Shown here one piece after another: positions 36,202-48,072 of a stretch of DNA of 64,000 nucleotides. The position numbers and the translations under genes were made by a program. The number at the start of each line of letters is the position of its first letter. Within the stretch, counting starts at the first letter, position 1. This DNA comes from an uncultured Planctomycetaceae bacterium (lineage in GTDB: Bacteria > Planctomycetota > Planctomycetia > Planctomycetales > Planctomycetaceae): the NCBI GenBank assembly GCA_963815195.1, contig CAWFGE010000022.1, positions 96,001-160,000 on the forward strand, in the 5' to 3' direction. The notes beneath the pieces were generated by a model. The model ran no database searches. It saw only the letters and a program-made list of their open reading frames with translations, and was not told the origin of the DNA.

Positions 36202-36656
36202 TGCAAAGAATCAATCGATCGTTCGGCCGCGTCGAGTTCGCCATCAAAGCGATAACCTGCCGAATAATGAACTTTATGGCGGTGAATCGGGTTCGTCAAA
36301 TCCTTCCGCCCTTTTGGACGGCCTGCGTCGTCTTACATTTTTTGTTGATCTTTCATTAGCCCAAAGCGCGAGCGAGGGATTTTTTTCAAATCTTTTACCT
36401 CCCCTTGGGGAGGTCGGACGCGGTAGCGGCCGGGTGGGGGAAGTGTCTGATGCAAGGCGATTTTCAACTTGGCAAATGAACCGACCGGTGCGAGCGAAGT
36501 CGGCGGGTTGCACAGTCAAATCGTTGTCAATGAAATCGACAGAGTGTGCCACTTGTGCCGCTGGCTCTGCCTGTTCAGCCGATCGCAAAGCCCCACCCGG
36601 CCCGGATCCGCCAATGAGCATAATTCCACCCGGAGGTCCCGATGCGGCAGCGGCCC

Positions 36657-36944
36657 TTAGCCATAGACCGCGTGGCGATGGGTGTCGCGGGCCTCGTCGC
36701 CGGCCACCAATTCATCGATCACCCGCAGCACGCCCGCCACGCGCCGGCAGCAATCGGTGCACAAGGAGCGATCTCGCCGGGAAGGCACCCGGCCCCGCAA
36801 AGTGACGATGCCTCCCACCACCTCGGCTTGGACATCTTCCATGCCGCGGAGTTCCTTCAAGTGAAGAAATCGCCGAACCCGGTCTTTTAGATCCTCTTCG
36901 TAAGCGGTCCTGTCCGGAGTCCATTGGGAAGGGGTCGAATACAT
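36657..36944 (-). CDS. Single BON-domain protein
   Basis: GGIVTLRGRV...VAGVLRVIDEL pattern; AAGGA upstream of ATG. Confidence 0.8.
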   Translation of the reverse strand: MYSTPSQWTPDRTAYEEDLKDRVRRFLHLKELRGMEDVQAEVVGGIVTLRGRVPSRRDRSLCTDCCRRVAGVLRVIDELVAGDEARDTHRHAVYG

Positions 36945-37201
36945 GAGTTGTCTTTCCTTATGTTGAGCGCTTGAAGGTTTCGAGAGAGGGATTCCCCGCC
37001 GGCTGCAATTTTGACCGTCGCCGGCGAATCGGGAAAGTTCCAAAACGGAAAAAAGGCGAGCGAGCCGGCGGGCGGAGTGAAGGAAAGCGGTTTTTCCCTC
37101 CCGACTGTTCCATTTTCCATGTCTTCTCGAGGAACACGGTTTGAAACAAGAACAAGAATTGGGAGCATCCGCAGAAAAAGCGGACGCGGCGGACGAGGGA
37201 G

Positions 37202-37486
37202 TTACCTCTGGACTTCCAACCGATTGGCGATGGCCGCGACTCCGTCGGCTTTGCGGGCCATCTCCTGGGCGACCTGCTTGAGATAGAACGAAGACACCCG
37301 GCCTTGGAGCACGAGGACTCCATTGTCCGTCGCGCAGGAAACCTGCTGGAGTTCCCGGTACGGGGATTCCGCCAGGTGCTGCCAGGCCCGCTCGGCGGTT
37401 TCATCCATCAATTCCGAGCCCTCCGTGAGGTTCGGTCGCTGGGGCGGGCGGTGGGGGACTGTGATGTGGGGAACCCGATCAATCAT
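37202..37486 (-). CDS. Single BON-domain protein
   Basis: SPYRELQQV...GVLVLQGRVSSFYLKQVAQE...GV..IANRLEV; GGAGG SD. Confidence 0.85.
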   Translation of the reverse strand: MIDRVPHITVPHRPPQRPNLTEGSELMDETAERAWQHLAESPYRELQQVSCATDNGVLVLQGRVSSFYLKQVAQEMARKADGVAAIANRLEVQR

Positions 37487-37560
37487 AAAACTTCCTCCTG
37501 TCGTCGTCTCAATGGGTGTGATTGGTATTGGATTTGATTCGCCAGGTTCGGCGGGAGTGA

Positions 37561-37794
37561 TCAAAATCGCTGCTCGATGCGCTGCCGCAAGGCGTTGACG
37601 CCGATCTCGTCCGGCAGTTCGCGGAGCAGATGAAAGAGTTCGCCGGCCGGCAGGGTGTAAGTCGCGTGGGCGGTTTCCAATTGGATGCGGTGACCGGCCG
37701 CATCGCCGCCGTCGGTTCGGGCATCGATGTCCGTCACCGAGACCGCCTTCCCGCCCACAATCCGTTCGACCTCGCGTTGTATTTCCGATTGCAT
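37561..37794 (-). CDS. Hypothetical protein (77 aa)
   Basis: ATG-started ORF with host-like codon use, co-oriented with BON genes. Confidence 0.55.
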   Translation of the reverse strand: MQSEIQREVERIVGGKAVSVTDIDARTDGGDAAGHRIQLETAHATYTLPAGELFHLLRELPDEIGVNALRQRIEQRF

Positions 37795-38290
37795 GTCTCG
37801 CGTCCTGGGGTCGCCTCTTTTTTTATGTCCCGCCGGATTCGCTCACCGAGCGACGAATCGTATGGACTATCCCGCTTCAAACTTTTTAACCGACCGCCGG
37901 CTAGGGCAACATCCGAGTAAACCCGAAATTCGACACAGGGAGATCCCGCATTTTGCTCATTCTGGCCTTGCCGTTCGCTGAGCGGCCAGATTGCGGGAAC
38001 GGCAAACAGACTCTGAGGCCATGCGAACACAGTTTTCTCATTTCGCGGGTCCGGCGCGGAAGTTGCGGATTCTGGGGATCAACGTCGCGCATGTTGTCGA
38101 AACGTCCCGGCAACGCAAAATAGCCGACGCGGTTGATGAGTTGATTTTACGACCCCATTGTGTGGCATCGGCGTACGATAGATGAAAGACTGGTGAAGAA
38201 ATGCGAACGTTGGATTTTGGACCCCGCGGGCCCGGTCCGGGCCCGCGGTTGATCTCCGGCCATCCGCCGCGGACTCCGTCGGCAAATCGA

Positions 38291-39157
38291 ATGAGGGAAC
38301 GTCCCACAGGCGGGCACGCCGAGCGGCGGACGTATGCCGACTTGCTCTCCGCCGCCCACGCAGCGCATTTCCCCGAAATCCGGCTGCTGATTCACCGCTT
38401 GCACCTGGAGCGGATTCACCGCGTGCTCGACGCCCCGTGCGGGGACGGGTTTTATTCCGAGCTTCTCGCCGAGGATCTGGAACCGGGCGGGGAAGTCGTA
38501 GCGGTCGATGTGGATGATAAAGCGCTCGCGGAGGTCGAGCAGCGGGCGCGAAACATGTCCCGCGGCGCAACCGTCACGAGCCTGCATGCGGACGTGTTTC
38601 AGATGCCCTTGGCGGACGAGAGTTTTGATTTTGCCTGGTGCGCGCAGAGTTTGATCAGCCTGTCGAATCCGGGAGAGACATCGCCCGGACCGGGCACGCT
38701 GGACGTGCTTCAGGAATTTCATCGCGTCCTGCGGCCCGGCGGCCGAATCGCGGTCTTGGAGGAGGATGCCATGCACTACATGATCCTCCCCTGGCCGGCG
38801 GAATTGGAACTCGCCATCCACCACGCGGAACGCCAAGGCTTCGCCCGCTTGTACGGCCGGCCCGAGCAGTTGGACGCGGGCCGGCAACTCGGCAAGGTTC
38901 TGGCGAAATCCGGCTTCGAGCCGCTCAGGAAGATTTCGCTCTCCGCGGATCGGCAAGGAATCCCGCATCACGATGAGCGGGCCTTTCTGCTGGCCTACTT
39001 TGCGGAACTGCGAAAACGGATCGAGCAAGACATCAGCCCGGACAACCTGTGGGAGTTCGATGCGCTGACCGATGCCCGCTCGCGGCGGTCGTTTTTCCAG
39101 GATCCCGAGTTTGAAATGACCTGGCTGGAGTTTGTGATCCTCGGCTCCAAAGCCTGA
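38291..39157 (+). CDS. Class I SAM-dependent methyltransferase
   Basis: VLDAPCGDG, VAVDVD, MPLADESFD, RVLRPGG; start may be 38201. Confidence 0.88.
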   Translation: MRERPTGGHAERRTYADLLSAAHAAHFPEIRLLIHRLHLERIHRVLDAPCGDGFYSELLAEDLEPGGEVVAVDVDDKALAEVEQRARNMSRGATVTSLHADVFQMPLADESFDFAWCAQSLISLSNPGETSPGPGTLDVLQEFHRVLRPGGRIAVLEEDAMHYMILPWPAELELAIHHAERQGFARLYGRPEQLDAGRQLGKVLAKSGFEPLRKISLSADRQGIPHHDERAFLLAYFAELRKRIEQDISPDNLWEFDALTDARSRRSFFQDPEFEMTWLEFVILGSKA

Positions 39158-39313
39158 CGCGCCAAAGCCGGAAACAACGTAACTCGGCCGCGATTTTCTC
39201 CCGACTCGTCTGTTATGCGAAATCTTTGGCACTAAAATGAAAGAAGGACGGTCGGGATTTTATCGATGACCGAATGGCTCCGCTTTTGCCGCGAATGAAT
39301 TTCCGTTGGTGAC

Positions 39314-42154
39314 ATGAAACGCTCCCCATTCCAGAACGAGCCGCAAAACGGGTTGGACAGCCAAAGCCTCCCGTTTGTGGAGACGGTCTATGCACAGTAT
39401 CTCAAGGATCCTGCGTCCGTCGGAGCGGACTGGCGGCAGTATTTTGAAAACCTGAATGCGGGCCAGAACGGCCAGCCTTTGATTCCCGCCTGGCCGAGGG
39501 AATCTCCGCATTTCAAACGGACGAGTCTGTTTCACCGCGCCGCGGCCTCCGCCGACGGCGGGCCCGGGGCCGGCAAAGAGCTCGCCGTGCTCCAGGAACG
39601 CGTGGACCAGTTGATCCGCAACTACCGCGTTCGCGGGCACATCATCGCCGACCTCGACCCGCTCGGCCAGCCCCGCCCGCATCCTCCGGAACTCGACCCG
39701 GCCTATTACGGTTTTCGCGAAAGCGATTACGACCGCACGTTTGCAATGGCCACCGCCGGCGGCCAGGAGATCCTCCCATTCCGCGAGATCCTTGATCGTC
39801 TGCAAAACACCTACTGCCGGCGGATTGGCGTGCAGTTCATGCACATCGACGATCTGGAAGTCCGCCAATGGCTGCAATACCGCATGGAGCGGTCGCAGAA
39901 CCGCCTGGAACTCAGCCGGGACGAGCAGTTCCACATCCTGACCATGCTCACCGATGCCGTGGTCTTCGAGCAATACATCTTGAAAAAATACGTGGGCACG
40001 AAAACGTTTTCGCTCGAAGGGGCCGAGAGTTTAATGCCGCTGCTCGGCCTGGCGATCGAACGCGCGGGCGAAGAGGGCATCGACGAGATTGTGATGGGCA
40101 TGGCGCACCGCGGCCGGCTGAACGTGCTGACGAACATCATGGGCAAGTCGGCCCGGCAGATTTTCCGCGAGTTCGAAGACCGCGACCCCGAACTGCACTT
40201 GGGCCGCGGAGATGTCAAATATCACCTGGGCTACAGCACCGATTGGACCACCCGAGCCGGCCGGGAAATGCACATCTCGCTGTGCTTTAACCCGAGCCAT
40301 CTGGAGTTCGTCAACCCCGTGGCGATGGGCCGGCTCAGGGCCAAGCAGGACCGCTATGGCGACCGTGAACGCAAACGGGGATTGCTTTTGCTTATTCACG
40401 GCGATGCCGCGTTCGCCGGCGAAGGCGTGGTGCAGGAAACCTTGAACCTCAGCGAGCTCACAGGCTACCACATCGGCGGCGCGATTCACGTCGTCGTCAA
40501 CAACCAGATCGGCTTTACCACCGGCCCCGCCGAAGGCCGATCCAGCGTGTACGCGACCGACGTCGCCAAGCTGCTGCAGATCCCGATCTTTCACGTCAAC
40601 GGCGAAGACCCGGAAGCCGTCGCCCAGGTCGTGCGGCTGGCGATGGACTTCCGCCGCGAGTACGCGCGGGACGTGGTGATCGACATGTATTGCTACCGGC
40701 TCCACGGGCACAACGAAAGCGACGAGCCGGCCTTCACGCAGCCGATCATGTCCCGCGCGATCGAGCAGCGAGAATCGGTGCAGGAGTACTACTGCAATCA
40801 TTTGATCGCCCTCGGAGAGATCTCCCGCGAGGAAGTGGACCGGATCGCCCAAGAACGCCAGGCCCACTTCGACAAGGAACTCACCGTCGCCCGCAGCGAG
40901 GATTACACCTACCAACCGACGACTTTGGGCGGAATCTGGGAAGGCTATCAAGGCGGCTTAGAAAAAGACGTCGCCGAAGAGGACACGGGCGTCGAGACGG
41001 ACCGCCTCTCCCGGCTCTTGGAACTCCAGACGCAGTTCCCCGAAGATTTCCATCCGCACCGCAAAATTGCCCGCGGCCTCGAGCGCCGGCTGAAAATGGC
41101 CCAAGGCGAGGAACCGCTCGACTGGTCGGCGGGCGAAACACTGGCGTATGCGACGCTCGCGACCGAAGGCGTTCGCGTCAGGCTCAGCGGCCAGGATGCC
41201 GAGCGCGGCACCTTCAGCCATCGCCACGCCGTGCTGCACGATGTCCAAGACGGCCACATTTATATTCCGCTTCAGCATCTTTCCGCAGACCAGGCTCCGG
41301 TGGAAGTCTACAACAGCCCGTTGTCCGAAGCGGGCGTATTGGGGTTTGAATACGGCTACAGCCTCGATTGCCCGGACGGGCTGGTGCTCTGGGAAGCCCA
41401 GTTCGGGGATTTTGTGAACGCGGCCCAAATCATCATCGATCAGTTCATCAGCAGTGCCGAGGACAAATGGAACCGCTTGAGCGGTTTGGTGCTGCTCTTG
41501 CCGCACGGCTTCGAAGGCCAGGGACCGGAGCATTCGAGCGCGCGGCTGGAGCGCAAGCTGATGCTCGCCGCCGAGGACAACGTCCAAATCGCCCAGCCCA
41601 CGACGCCGGCGCAGTTTTTTCATCTGCTCCGCCGGCAGGTTTTAAGGCCTTGGCGAAAGCCGTTGTTCGTGCTCACGCCGAAGAGCCTGCTCCGGCATCC
41701 CCGCGCGGTATCTTCTCTCGAGGAACTTTCCGCCGGCCGGTTTCGCCGCGTGCTTCCCGATGAACGCCCCGCGGAAAAAGCCAAGTCCGCCAAGACGGAC
41801 CGCGTGCTGTTGTGCAGCGGGAAGGTGTATTACGACCTCGTGGACCAGCGGGAAGAACTCGGCCGCGACGATGTGGCCATTGTCCGCATCGAGCAATTCT
41901 ATCCGCTACCGTTCGATGAATTGCGGGAAGCGCTCGCGGGCGTTCCCGACGGCACGCCGGCGTTTTGGGTTCAAGAAGAACCCGCCAACATGGGCGCATG
42001 GTGGTTTTTCCGGCTTTGGTTCGGGGAGCGACTCTTCGACCGCTTACCGTTCGCCCGCATCAGCCGCCCCGAGTCCGCCAGCCCCGCGACCGGCTCGAAG
42101 ACCAGCCACAAACTCGAACAACACCGCCTGCTCGACCGAGCCTTCGGCGGATGA
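39314..42154 (+). CDS. sucA: 2-oxoglutarate dehydrogenase E1
   Basis: [50 protein letters not shown]. Confidence 0.96.
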   Translation: MKRSPFQNEPQNGLDSQSLPFVETVYAQYLKDPASVGADWRQYFENLNAGQNGQPLIPAWPRESPHFKRTSLFHRAAASADGGPGAGKELAVLQERVDQLIRNYRVRGHIIADLDPLGQPRPHPPELDPAYYGFRESDYDRTFAMATAGGQEILPFREILDRLQNTYCRRIGVQFMHIDDLEVRQWLQYRMERSQNRLELSRDEQFHILTMLTDAVVFEQYILKKYVGTKTFSLEGAESLMPLLGLAIERAGEEGIDEIVMGMAHRGRLNVLTNIMGKSARQIFREFEDRDPELHLGRGDVKYHLGYSTDWTTRAGREMHISLCFNPSHLEFVNPVAMGRLRAKQDRYGDRERKRGLLLLIHGDAAFAGEGVVQETLNLSELTGYHIGGAIHVVVNNQIGFTTGPAEGRSSVYATDVAKLLQIPIFHVNGEDPEAVAQVVRLAMDFRREYARDVVIDMYCYRLHGHNESDEPAFTQPIMSRAIEQRESVQEYYCNHLIALGEISREEVDRIAQERQAHFDKELTVARSEDYTYQPTTLGGIWEGYQGGLEKDVAEEDTGVETDRLSRLLELQTQFPEDFHPHRKIARGLERRLKMAQGEEPLDWSAGETLAYATLATEGVRVRLSGQDAERGTFSHRHAVLHDVQDGHIYIPLQHLSADQAPVEVYNSPLSEAGVLGFEYGYSLDCPDGLVLWEAQFGDFVNAAQIIIDQFISSAEDKWNRLSGLVLLLPHGFEGQGPEHSSARLERKLMLAAEDNVQIAQPTTPAQFFHLLRRQVLRPWRKPLFVLTPKSLLRHPRAVSSLEELSAGRFRRVLPDERPAEKAKSAKTDRVLLCSGKVYYDLVDQREELGRDDVAIVRIEQFYPLPFDELREALAGVPDGTPAFWVQEEPANMGAWWFFRLWFGERLFDRLPFARISRPESASPATGSKTSHKLEQHRLLDRAFGG

Positions 42155-42184
42155 TTTCCACCTTCAATTAGAATGCCCACGCTT

Positions 42185-43465
42185 ATGAGCATCGAACTCA
42201 AAGTACCGGAAGTCGGCGAATCGGTCACGGAAGTGTATCTCGGCGATTGGTTGAAATCCGAAGGCGACTTCGTGGAGGAAGGCGAGCCGTTGATCGAACT
42301 GGAAAGCGAAAAGGCGACGTTTGAGCTCCCCGCCCCCACCGCGGGCGTGCTCTCGGTAATTCTCAAACAAGCCGGCGAACAGGCCAGCGTCGGCGAGGTC
42401 ATCGGCCGCTTCGAGGAAGGCGACGGAAAAGAACCCTCGAAATCCAATCGGCAAAACAAGGAACTGGAAGAGACAAAAGCCGAGAAACAAAAACCTGCGA
42501 AAGAGCAAAAATCAGAGAAAACCCCCGCCGCCGAGAGACGCTCCGAACGAGAGACGATTCCCCCCATCGAAACGGAGACCCGCGTGATGCCCGCGGCGGC
42601 GCGGCTGCTTGAGGAACATGGACTTGAGGCCCAGGACATCGAAGCCAGCGGTCCGGGCGGGAGGTTGCTCAAAGAAGATGTGCTGCATCACTTGGAAACC
42701 GCCGAAGCTGAACCGGAGCTTCAAAAAGCTCGCCCCCGCCGCACCGAGCCGGCTCCGTCGGAAGACCGCGAGGAAGAGCGCGTGCCGCTGAGTCCCATCC
42801 GCCGCCGCATCGCCGCCCGCCTCGTCGAAGCGCAACAGACCGCGGCCCTGCTCACCACGTTCAACGAGATCGACCTGACCGCCGTCAAGGAGCTTCGCCA
42901 GGAATACCGCGAGACGTTTCTCAAGGAATACGGCGTGAAGCTGGGCTTCATGTCCTTCTTCGTCAAAGCCGCCGTCGATGCGCTCCAGCGGATGCCCGGG
43001 CTCAATGCCGAGATCCGCGAGGACGCGATCATCTTCCGCAACTACTATGACATCGGCATCGCCATCGGCAGCGAAAAGGGTTTGATCGTGCCGGTGCTCA
43101 AGGACGCCCACCTCAAAAGTTTCGCCGAGATCGAGCAGGCCATCGACGATTTCTCCCAACGGGCCCGGCGGAATGAACTCAAAGTCAACGAACTCAGCGG
43201 CGGCACGTTCACGATCAGCAACGGCGGCATTTATGGATCGCTGTTGTCCACGCCGATCGTCAACCCGCCCCAATCGGGCGTCCTGGGCATGCACGCCATC
43301 CAAGACCGCCCCGTGGTGCGCAGCGGCGAAATCGTCATTCGCCCGATGATGTATGTCGCGTTGACCTACGATCACCGCATCGTCGACGGCCGCGAAGCCG
43401 TGACGTTCTTGAAGCGAATCAAAGACGTCCTCGAACAACCCGCGCGGCTGCTGATCGAAATCTAA
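42185..43465 (+). CDS. sucB: Dihydrolipoamide succinyltransferase E2
   Basis: Lipoyl domain (ESEKA), [34 protein letters not shown]. Confidence 0.95.
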   Translation: MSIELKVPEVGESVTEVYLGDWLKSEGDFVEEGEPLIELESEKATFELPAPTAGVLSVILKQAGEQASVGEVIGRFEEGDGKEPSKSNRQNKELEETKAEKQKPAKEQKSEKTPAAERRSERETIPPIETETRVMPAAARLLEEHGLEAQDIEASGPGGRLLKEDVLHHLETAEAEPELQKARPRRTEPAPSEDREEERVPLSPIRRRIAARLVEAQQTAALLTTFNEIDLTAVKELRQEYRETFLKEYGVKLGFMSFFVKAAVDALQRMPGLNAEIREDAIIFRNYYDIGIAIGSEKGLIVPVLKDAHLKSFAEIEQAIDDFSQRARRNELKVNELSGGTFTISNGGIYGSLLSTPIVNPPQSGVLGMHAIQDRPVVRSGEIVIRPMMYVALTYDHRIVDGREAVTFLKRIKDVLEQPARLLIEI

Positions 43466-43537
43466 CGCCACAAAATCATCGGGCGCAAAATCATAATTTT
43501 GTGCGCCATGATTTTGTGATCGATAAACGGATCGACC

Positions 43538-44926
43538 ATGAAAGAATTCGACCTGATCGTGATCGGAGCCGGGCCGGGGGGTTATGTCGCGGCGATTCGC
43601 GCGGCTCAACTCGGGATGCGGGTCGCTTGCGTCGACAAGAACCCACAACTCGGCGGCACGTGCTTGCGCGTGGGCTGCATTCCCAGCAAGGCACTGCTGG
43701 AATCCAGCGAACTCTATGTCCAAACGCAAAACTCGCTGAAAGAGCACGGCATCGAAGCGGGCGACGTGCGGCTCGATCTGGCCAAGATGCTCAAACGCAA
43801 AGACCGCGTCGTCGAGGCCCTCACCAAAGGCGTCGCCGGCCTGTTTCGGCAGCACAAGATCGAGCACGTTTTAGGCGTCGGCCGATTGCAACCTCAGCAA
43901 CGGGTGCGGGTCGAATCGGAGGAAGGCAAGAATATCGAGCTTCAGGCGAAGCACATCCTCATCGCCACCGGCAGCCGCCCCGCCATGCTCAAAGGCGTAG
44001 AACCGGACGGCCAGCTCATCGGCACCAGCACCGAAGCCCTGGCTTATGACGATGTGCCCAAGCATCTCGCGGTGATTGGGGCGGGTTACATCGGGCTGGA
44101 AATGGGCGCGGTGTGGAGCCGGCTGGGAGCGAAGGTCACGATCCTGGAGTATCTCGACCGGATCCTGCCCGGCACCGATGCCGAGGTTGCCGCCCAGGCC
44201 CAGAAGATTTTCAAAAAGCAGGGATTGGAGTTTCGCTTACAGAGCCGGGTGACGGGCGTCCGCGCAAAGAAACAAAAATGCCGGGTCGAATGCGAGAACG
44301 CGGAGCCGATCGAATGCGATCGCGTCCTCGTGGCCGCCGGCCGTGCACCGAACACGGAAGGCTTGGATCTCGAAGCGATCGGCTTGGAGACGGACCAAAA
44401 GGGTTTCATTCCCGTGGATGAGTCCTTTCAAACCACAGTGGAAAACGTGTACGCCATCGGGGATGTCATCGGCGGAGCGATGCTCGCGCACAAAGCCGAG
44501 GATGAGGGCGTGGCCTGTGTGGAAACGATCGCGGGCGGGTATGGGCGCGTCCATTATCAAGCGATTCCGAGCATCGTTTACACCCATCCCGAAATCGCCG
44601 CCGTCGGCCGCACGGAAGAAGCCCTTCAACAAGCCGGCATTGATTACCTTAGCGGAAAATTTCCCTTCCGCGCGAACGGCCGAGCGCGGGCCCTTGCGGA
44701 GACGGACGGCTTCGTCAAAATCCTCGCCGACGCCAAGACGGACCGCATTTTAGGCGTGCACATCTTGGGGCCGCGGGCGGGCGACCTGATTGCCGAGGCC
44801 GCGGTCGCGATCGAATTCGGCGCGAGCAGCGAAGACATCGCCCGCAGCTCGCACGCGCATCCAACGCTGTCCGAAGTGCTCCGCGAAGCCGCCCTGGACG
44901 TGGACGGCCGCGCGATTCACAAGTGA
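43538..44926 (+). CDS. lpdA: Dihydrolipoyl dehydrogenase E3
   Basis: GAGPGGY, GGTCLRVGCIPSK, MLAHKA, HAHPTLSE. Confidence 0.96.
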   Translation: MKEFDLIVIGAGPGGYVAAIRAAQLGMRVACVDKNPQLGGTCLRVGCIPSKALLESSELYVQTQNSLKEHGIEAGDVRLDLAKMLKRKDRVVEALTKGVAGLFRQHKIEHVLGVGRLQPQQRVRVESEEGKNIELQAKHILIATGSRPAMLKGVEPDGQLIGTSTEALAYDDVPKHLAVIGAGYIGLEMGAVWSRLGAKVTILEYLDRILPGTDAEVAAQAQKIFKKQGLEFRLQSRVTGVRAKKQKCRVECENAEPIECDRVLVAAGRAPNTEGLDLEAIGLETDQKGFIPVDESFQTTVENVYAIGDVIGGAMLAHKAEDEGVACVETIAGGYGRVHYQAIPSIVYTHPEIAAVGRTEEALQQAGIDYLSGKFPFRANGRARALAETDGFVKILADAKTDRILGVHILGPRAGDLIAEAAVAIEFGASSEDIARSSHAHPTLSEVLREAALDVDGRAIHK

Positions 44927-44929
44927 GGC

Positions 44930-46630
44930 TCAATGATCCGCCGGCCCGGCGACGCCTCCGACGTACTCCGCGTCGTTCGCCTCATGCCCGGTGAGCACCT
45001 CGGCCTCGTAACCGCCTTTGGATTTGAAGTACAGGAACAACCCGATGTAGCAGACCAGCATGAACATCGGGAAGAACGCCATTTTGGCGAGAGCATCGAA
45101 CTGCCCGGCCTGGTCGGCGGCGGCCAACGCGGACTTGGCGTCTTTGTCTTTTTCTTCCACCTCTTTTTTGATGTCCGGGTCAATCGCGTGATAGGCGAGG
45201 CCCATGTATTTCTTTTCCTTCAGGACTTCCTTCGCGACCGGTTCGGATGTCGCTTGGAGTTCCGTGCTGGCCGTGCGTTCTTGCAGGAAGCCGATGTAGG
45301 GAAAGCCCAACACGCCCACGGCGATCATCCCGATTCCGGAAATCGCATTTAAAGTGAGGGCCCCGCCTTTGGGACATTGCTCGGCGGTGATGCCCAGCAT
45401 CGTGGGCCAGAAAAACGTCTTGCCGAAACCGTACAGCGTCGCCGCCCCAAAGATCACCGCCAACCCCGCACCACCCGTCTTCGACAATGCCAAAAGCCCG
45501 GCGATCGCCAAAGCGGAACTCACGGTCAATAACCCGATCGGCGAGAGCTTGTGCACGATCGGCCCCGCGAAAAACCTGAGGACCATCATAATCGCCGAGG
45601 TATAAACCAGCACCCAGCCCGGGTTGTAGTCGGCTTCCTTCATCGGGCCTTCCATCAACCCGTTGATCCAGCCGTCGGTGCCGATTTCGGTTGTGGCGAG
45701 CGGCATCATAATGATGATCAAAAATGCCAAAATTCCCCGGCCCAAGCTTCGCGTATAAACGCCAAAGCCTCCCGCAACGAGGAGGGTCAGAACTCCCACG
45801 ACGATATTTCGTACGGTGTCGAGATTCCACTCCTGCTCGGCCACGAAGTTCTTGACGCCGTCTTGGCTGAAGACGACTTCGCCCAACTGGAGAAAAATCA
45901 AACCGAACCCGATCAAGGCCCCGAACGCGCCGAACTCGGCGAGCATTTCGCGGTAGCTGACGCCGGCTTGCTCGCGTTCGCTCTTCGGGAAAGTCGCCCC
46001 GATCAGCATCACCAGGTAAATCACGGCCGGGACGGCGATGATGCCCAGCACGAGCCGCCAGTCGCCCTCGGCCGCGGTGTCGGACATGGCGATCGTGATC
46101 ACGCCGCCGATCACGAGGCCGCCCGGCCAGCCCGCGTGCAGGATGTTGAGCCATTTGGTTTTTTCCCGGCTGAACATCGTGGCCACGACGGGGTTGATGA
46201 AGGCTTCCACCGTCCCGTTGCCGAGGGCGAGAATGATGCTGCCCCAATACAGATAATTGAAGCCCGTGGCTTGGGCGGCTTTCAATGCCTCGCCGGTGGG
46301 GTGGCCCTGAATGGCCGCATAAGCCATGCAGGCCAGGATGAGATACACCGCGTAGCACACGAACGAGATCAGCATCGCCACGCGGTAGCCGATTTTGTCA
46401 ATCACGAGGCTGAACAGAATGATGGAGATGGCGAACGGCCACACGCCCGCCCCTTTGAGCGCCCCGATGTCGACCTTGTCGATCCCGAAATCCGTGCCAA
46501 ACCGCACGTCGCACAGATACATCCGGCTGAAAAATGCAAAGGATGTCGTCACCAACGCCACGAAACAGCCCCAGAAGAGCATCTTGTTCGGTGCTGCGTT
46601 TTGGCCGCCGTTGGAGGCTGGGTTATTCAT
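44930..46630 (-). CDS. MFS transporter (probable sugar carrier)
   Basis: About 12 TM helices; DKIGYR, GNGTVEAFINP, HAGWPGG, GKTFFWPTMLG. Confidence 0.88.
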   Translation of the reverse strand: MNNPASNGGQNAAPNKMLFWGCFVALVTTSFAFFSRMYLCDVRFGTDFGIDKVDIGALKGAGVWPFAISIILFSLVIDKIGYRVAMLISFVCYAVYLILACMAYAAIQGHPTGEALKAAQATGFNYLYWGSIILALGNGTVEAFINPVVATMFSREKTKWLNILHAGWPGGLVIGGVITIAMSDTAAEGDWRLVLGIIAVPAVIYLVMLIGATFPKSEREQAGVSYREMLAEFGAFGALIGFGLIFLQLGEVVFSQDGVKNFVAEQEWNLDTVRNIVVGVLTLLVAGGFGVYTRSLGRGILAFLIIIMMPLATTEIGTDGWINGLMEGPMKEADYNPGWVLVYTSAIMMVLRFFAGPIVHKLSPIGLLTVSSALAIAGLLALSKTGGAGLAVIFGAATLYGFGKTFFWPTMLGITAEQCPKGGALTLNAISGIGMIAVGVLGFPYIGFLQERTASTELQATSEPVAKEVLKEKKYMGLAYHAIDPDIKKEVEEKDKDAKSALAAADQAGQFDALAKMAFFPMFMLVCYIGLFLYFKSKGGYEAEVLTGHEANDAEYVGGVAGPADH

Positions 46631-46939
46631 GTTGTCTCTCTCCGATGTCGCATCAAAGGGAAGATTGAGTGTGAGAAGAACCGCCGGTCGGCTGGAAAGA
46701 CGCGGGCCGGCAGGGGAATGAACTTTGAAGATCGTTCCGATGGAACTTCGCATCCTACACGGAACGCCGGCGAAATGCCATCACGCCCGCGCGATGGAGT
46801 TCGGCTTCACCAATTCCAATTCCCGTAGAACGAAATCACGGACAAAGGGCCGAAGGTCCGGCTCTATGTCAGCCCTGGGGAACCGGAACGAACAAAATGC
46901 AAAAGCCCCAACGTGGAGCCGGGATGCCTTTTAAGGGAA

Positions 46940-47875
46940 TCAAGTCCGTTTGCGGGCGGTGAATTGGTGGTGTTTCTCGGTGGCTTTTTCCACGATGTAC
47001 CCCGAGTGTTTTCCAAACTCCTCGGCGATCTTGTCGGCTCGGGTTTTGTCGATCGGGCCGGCGTGGATGTGGAGCAGGTATCTGAGCACCAGCGGTTTTT
47101 GGCGGGTGGTGGTGAGCGGCGTTTTCATGCACGGGGCCGCGCCCATCCAGCCGTCTTCGCGGACGTGCCAGTGGGTCGGGTGGCCTGGGTTTTGGGGGTG
47201 ATCGAAATAGGTGATGCCCTCCCAAAGGTGTCTGCCGATCGCGGGTTCCTTGGCGGGGACGGGGCCGCTGTAGTCCATCCAGCGGGCTTTCTTGCCGAAG
47301 ATCGCCGGCTCTCCCTTTTGGCCTTCGCTATTGGTGAGGCTGCCGCCGCCGAAGTATTCGGAGAGATTCTTCGCGACCCGCACCGCGAGGAAGCCGAAGT
47401 TCGTCTGCCCGAACTCGAGCGATTCGGCCTTGGGCGTGAAGGTCGATTGCAGCTCCAGGGCCCATTCGCCTTTTTCCAGCGGGCGGACGGCGGCGACGAC
47501 ATCCTGCTCGAGGAGATGCGCGGGATCGTGGCCGTCGTACCAGCGGAGCCGAGTGGCGAGCAGGGCTTCGTCGTCGCCGTCTTCATAGGCGAGCCAGTGC
47601 AGTTGGCGGATGCGGGCGGCGGTATTGTCGCTCCAGAAATCGATGCCCAGGACTTTATTATGGGCGAACCACACCGAGCGGTGATGATCGTGGTTCGGCG
47701 CCCCGGGATGGCCCATCCGCGTGAGCGAACTCCCCGTGGGTCCGGTGATCGGATAGAAAAACGGCCGCGGATAATCGGCCCCGTAATGCCAGCGCAGAAG
47801 CTCGCGCCCATCGATCAAAACCGCCGTCTGATGATCCGCCAACGGCAACACCCGGCATCGGGGGAAATCGCTCAT
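46940..47875 (-). CDS. DUF6807 / PmoA-like beta-sandwich protein
   Basis: RPFFYPI, HDHHRSVWFAH, FGFLAVRV, RWMDYSG, DHPQNP, WHVR. Confidence 0.75.
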   Translation of the reverse strand: MSDFPRCRVLPLADHQTAVLIDGRELLRWHYGADYPRPFFYPITGPTGSSLTRMGHPGAPNHDHHRSVWFAHNKVLGIDFWSDNTAARIRQLHWLAYEDGDDEALLATRLRWYDGHDPAHLLEQDVVAAVRPLEKGEWALELQSTFTPKAESLEFGQTNFGFLAVRVAKNLSEYFGGGSLTNSEGQKGEPAIFGKKARWMDYSGPVPAKEPAIGRHLWEGITYFDHPQNPGHPTHWHVREDGWMGAAPCMKTPLTTTRQKPLVLRYLLHIHAGPIDKTRADKIAEEFGKHSGYIVEKATEKHHQFTARKRT

Positions 47876-47933
47876 CCCGTTTTCCTCAAACCATGCATCG
47901 GAAACCAGCCGCAAGCAATCGGCTGATAAATTC

Positions 47934-47996
47934 ATTAGCCGCAGGACGCTCGCCCCGGTTCAGTGGGACAACCGGCCGCGAACGCATGCCCGCTGA
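47934..47996. repeat. REP pair, family 4
   Basis: ATTAGCCGCAGGACGCTCGCCCCGGTTC plus inverted degenerate unit. Confidence 0.65.
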
Positions 47997-48040
47997 ACGA
48001 TACCAGGGTATCTCACACCGCAGCTGTTTCCAATGGTGGT

Positions 48041-48070
48041 TTAGAAGCCGTTGATGACCTCGCCGCCGCG
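48041..48070 (-). pseudogene. Orphan 30-bp remnant of a DUF1559 3' end (RGGEVINGF*)
   Basis: 26/30 identical to 48448-48477; all four differences are synonymous. Confidence 0.7.
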
Positions 48071-48072
48071 GC

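Noticed and set aside
46940..47875. Particulate methane monooxygenase subunit
   Set aside because: Soluble DUF6807-type sequence without TM helices and no pmoB/pmoC neighbours; the PmoA label is only a family name
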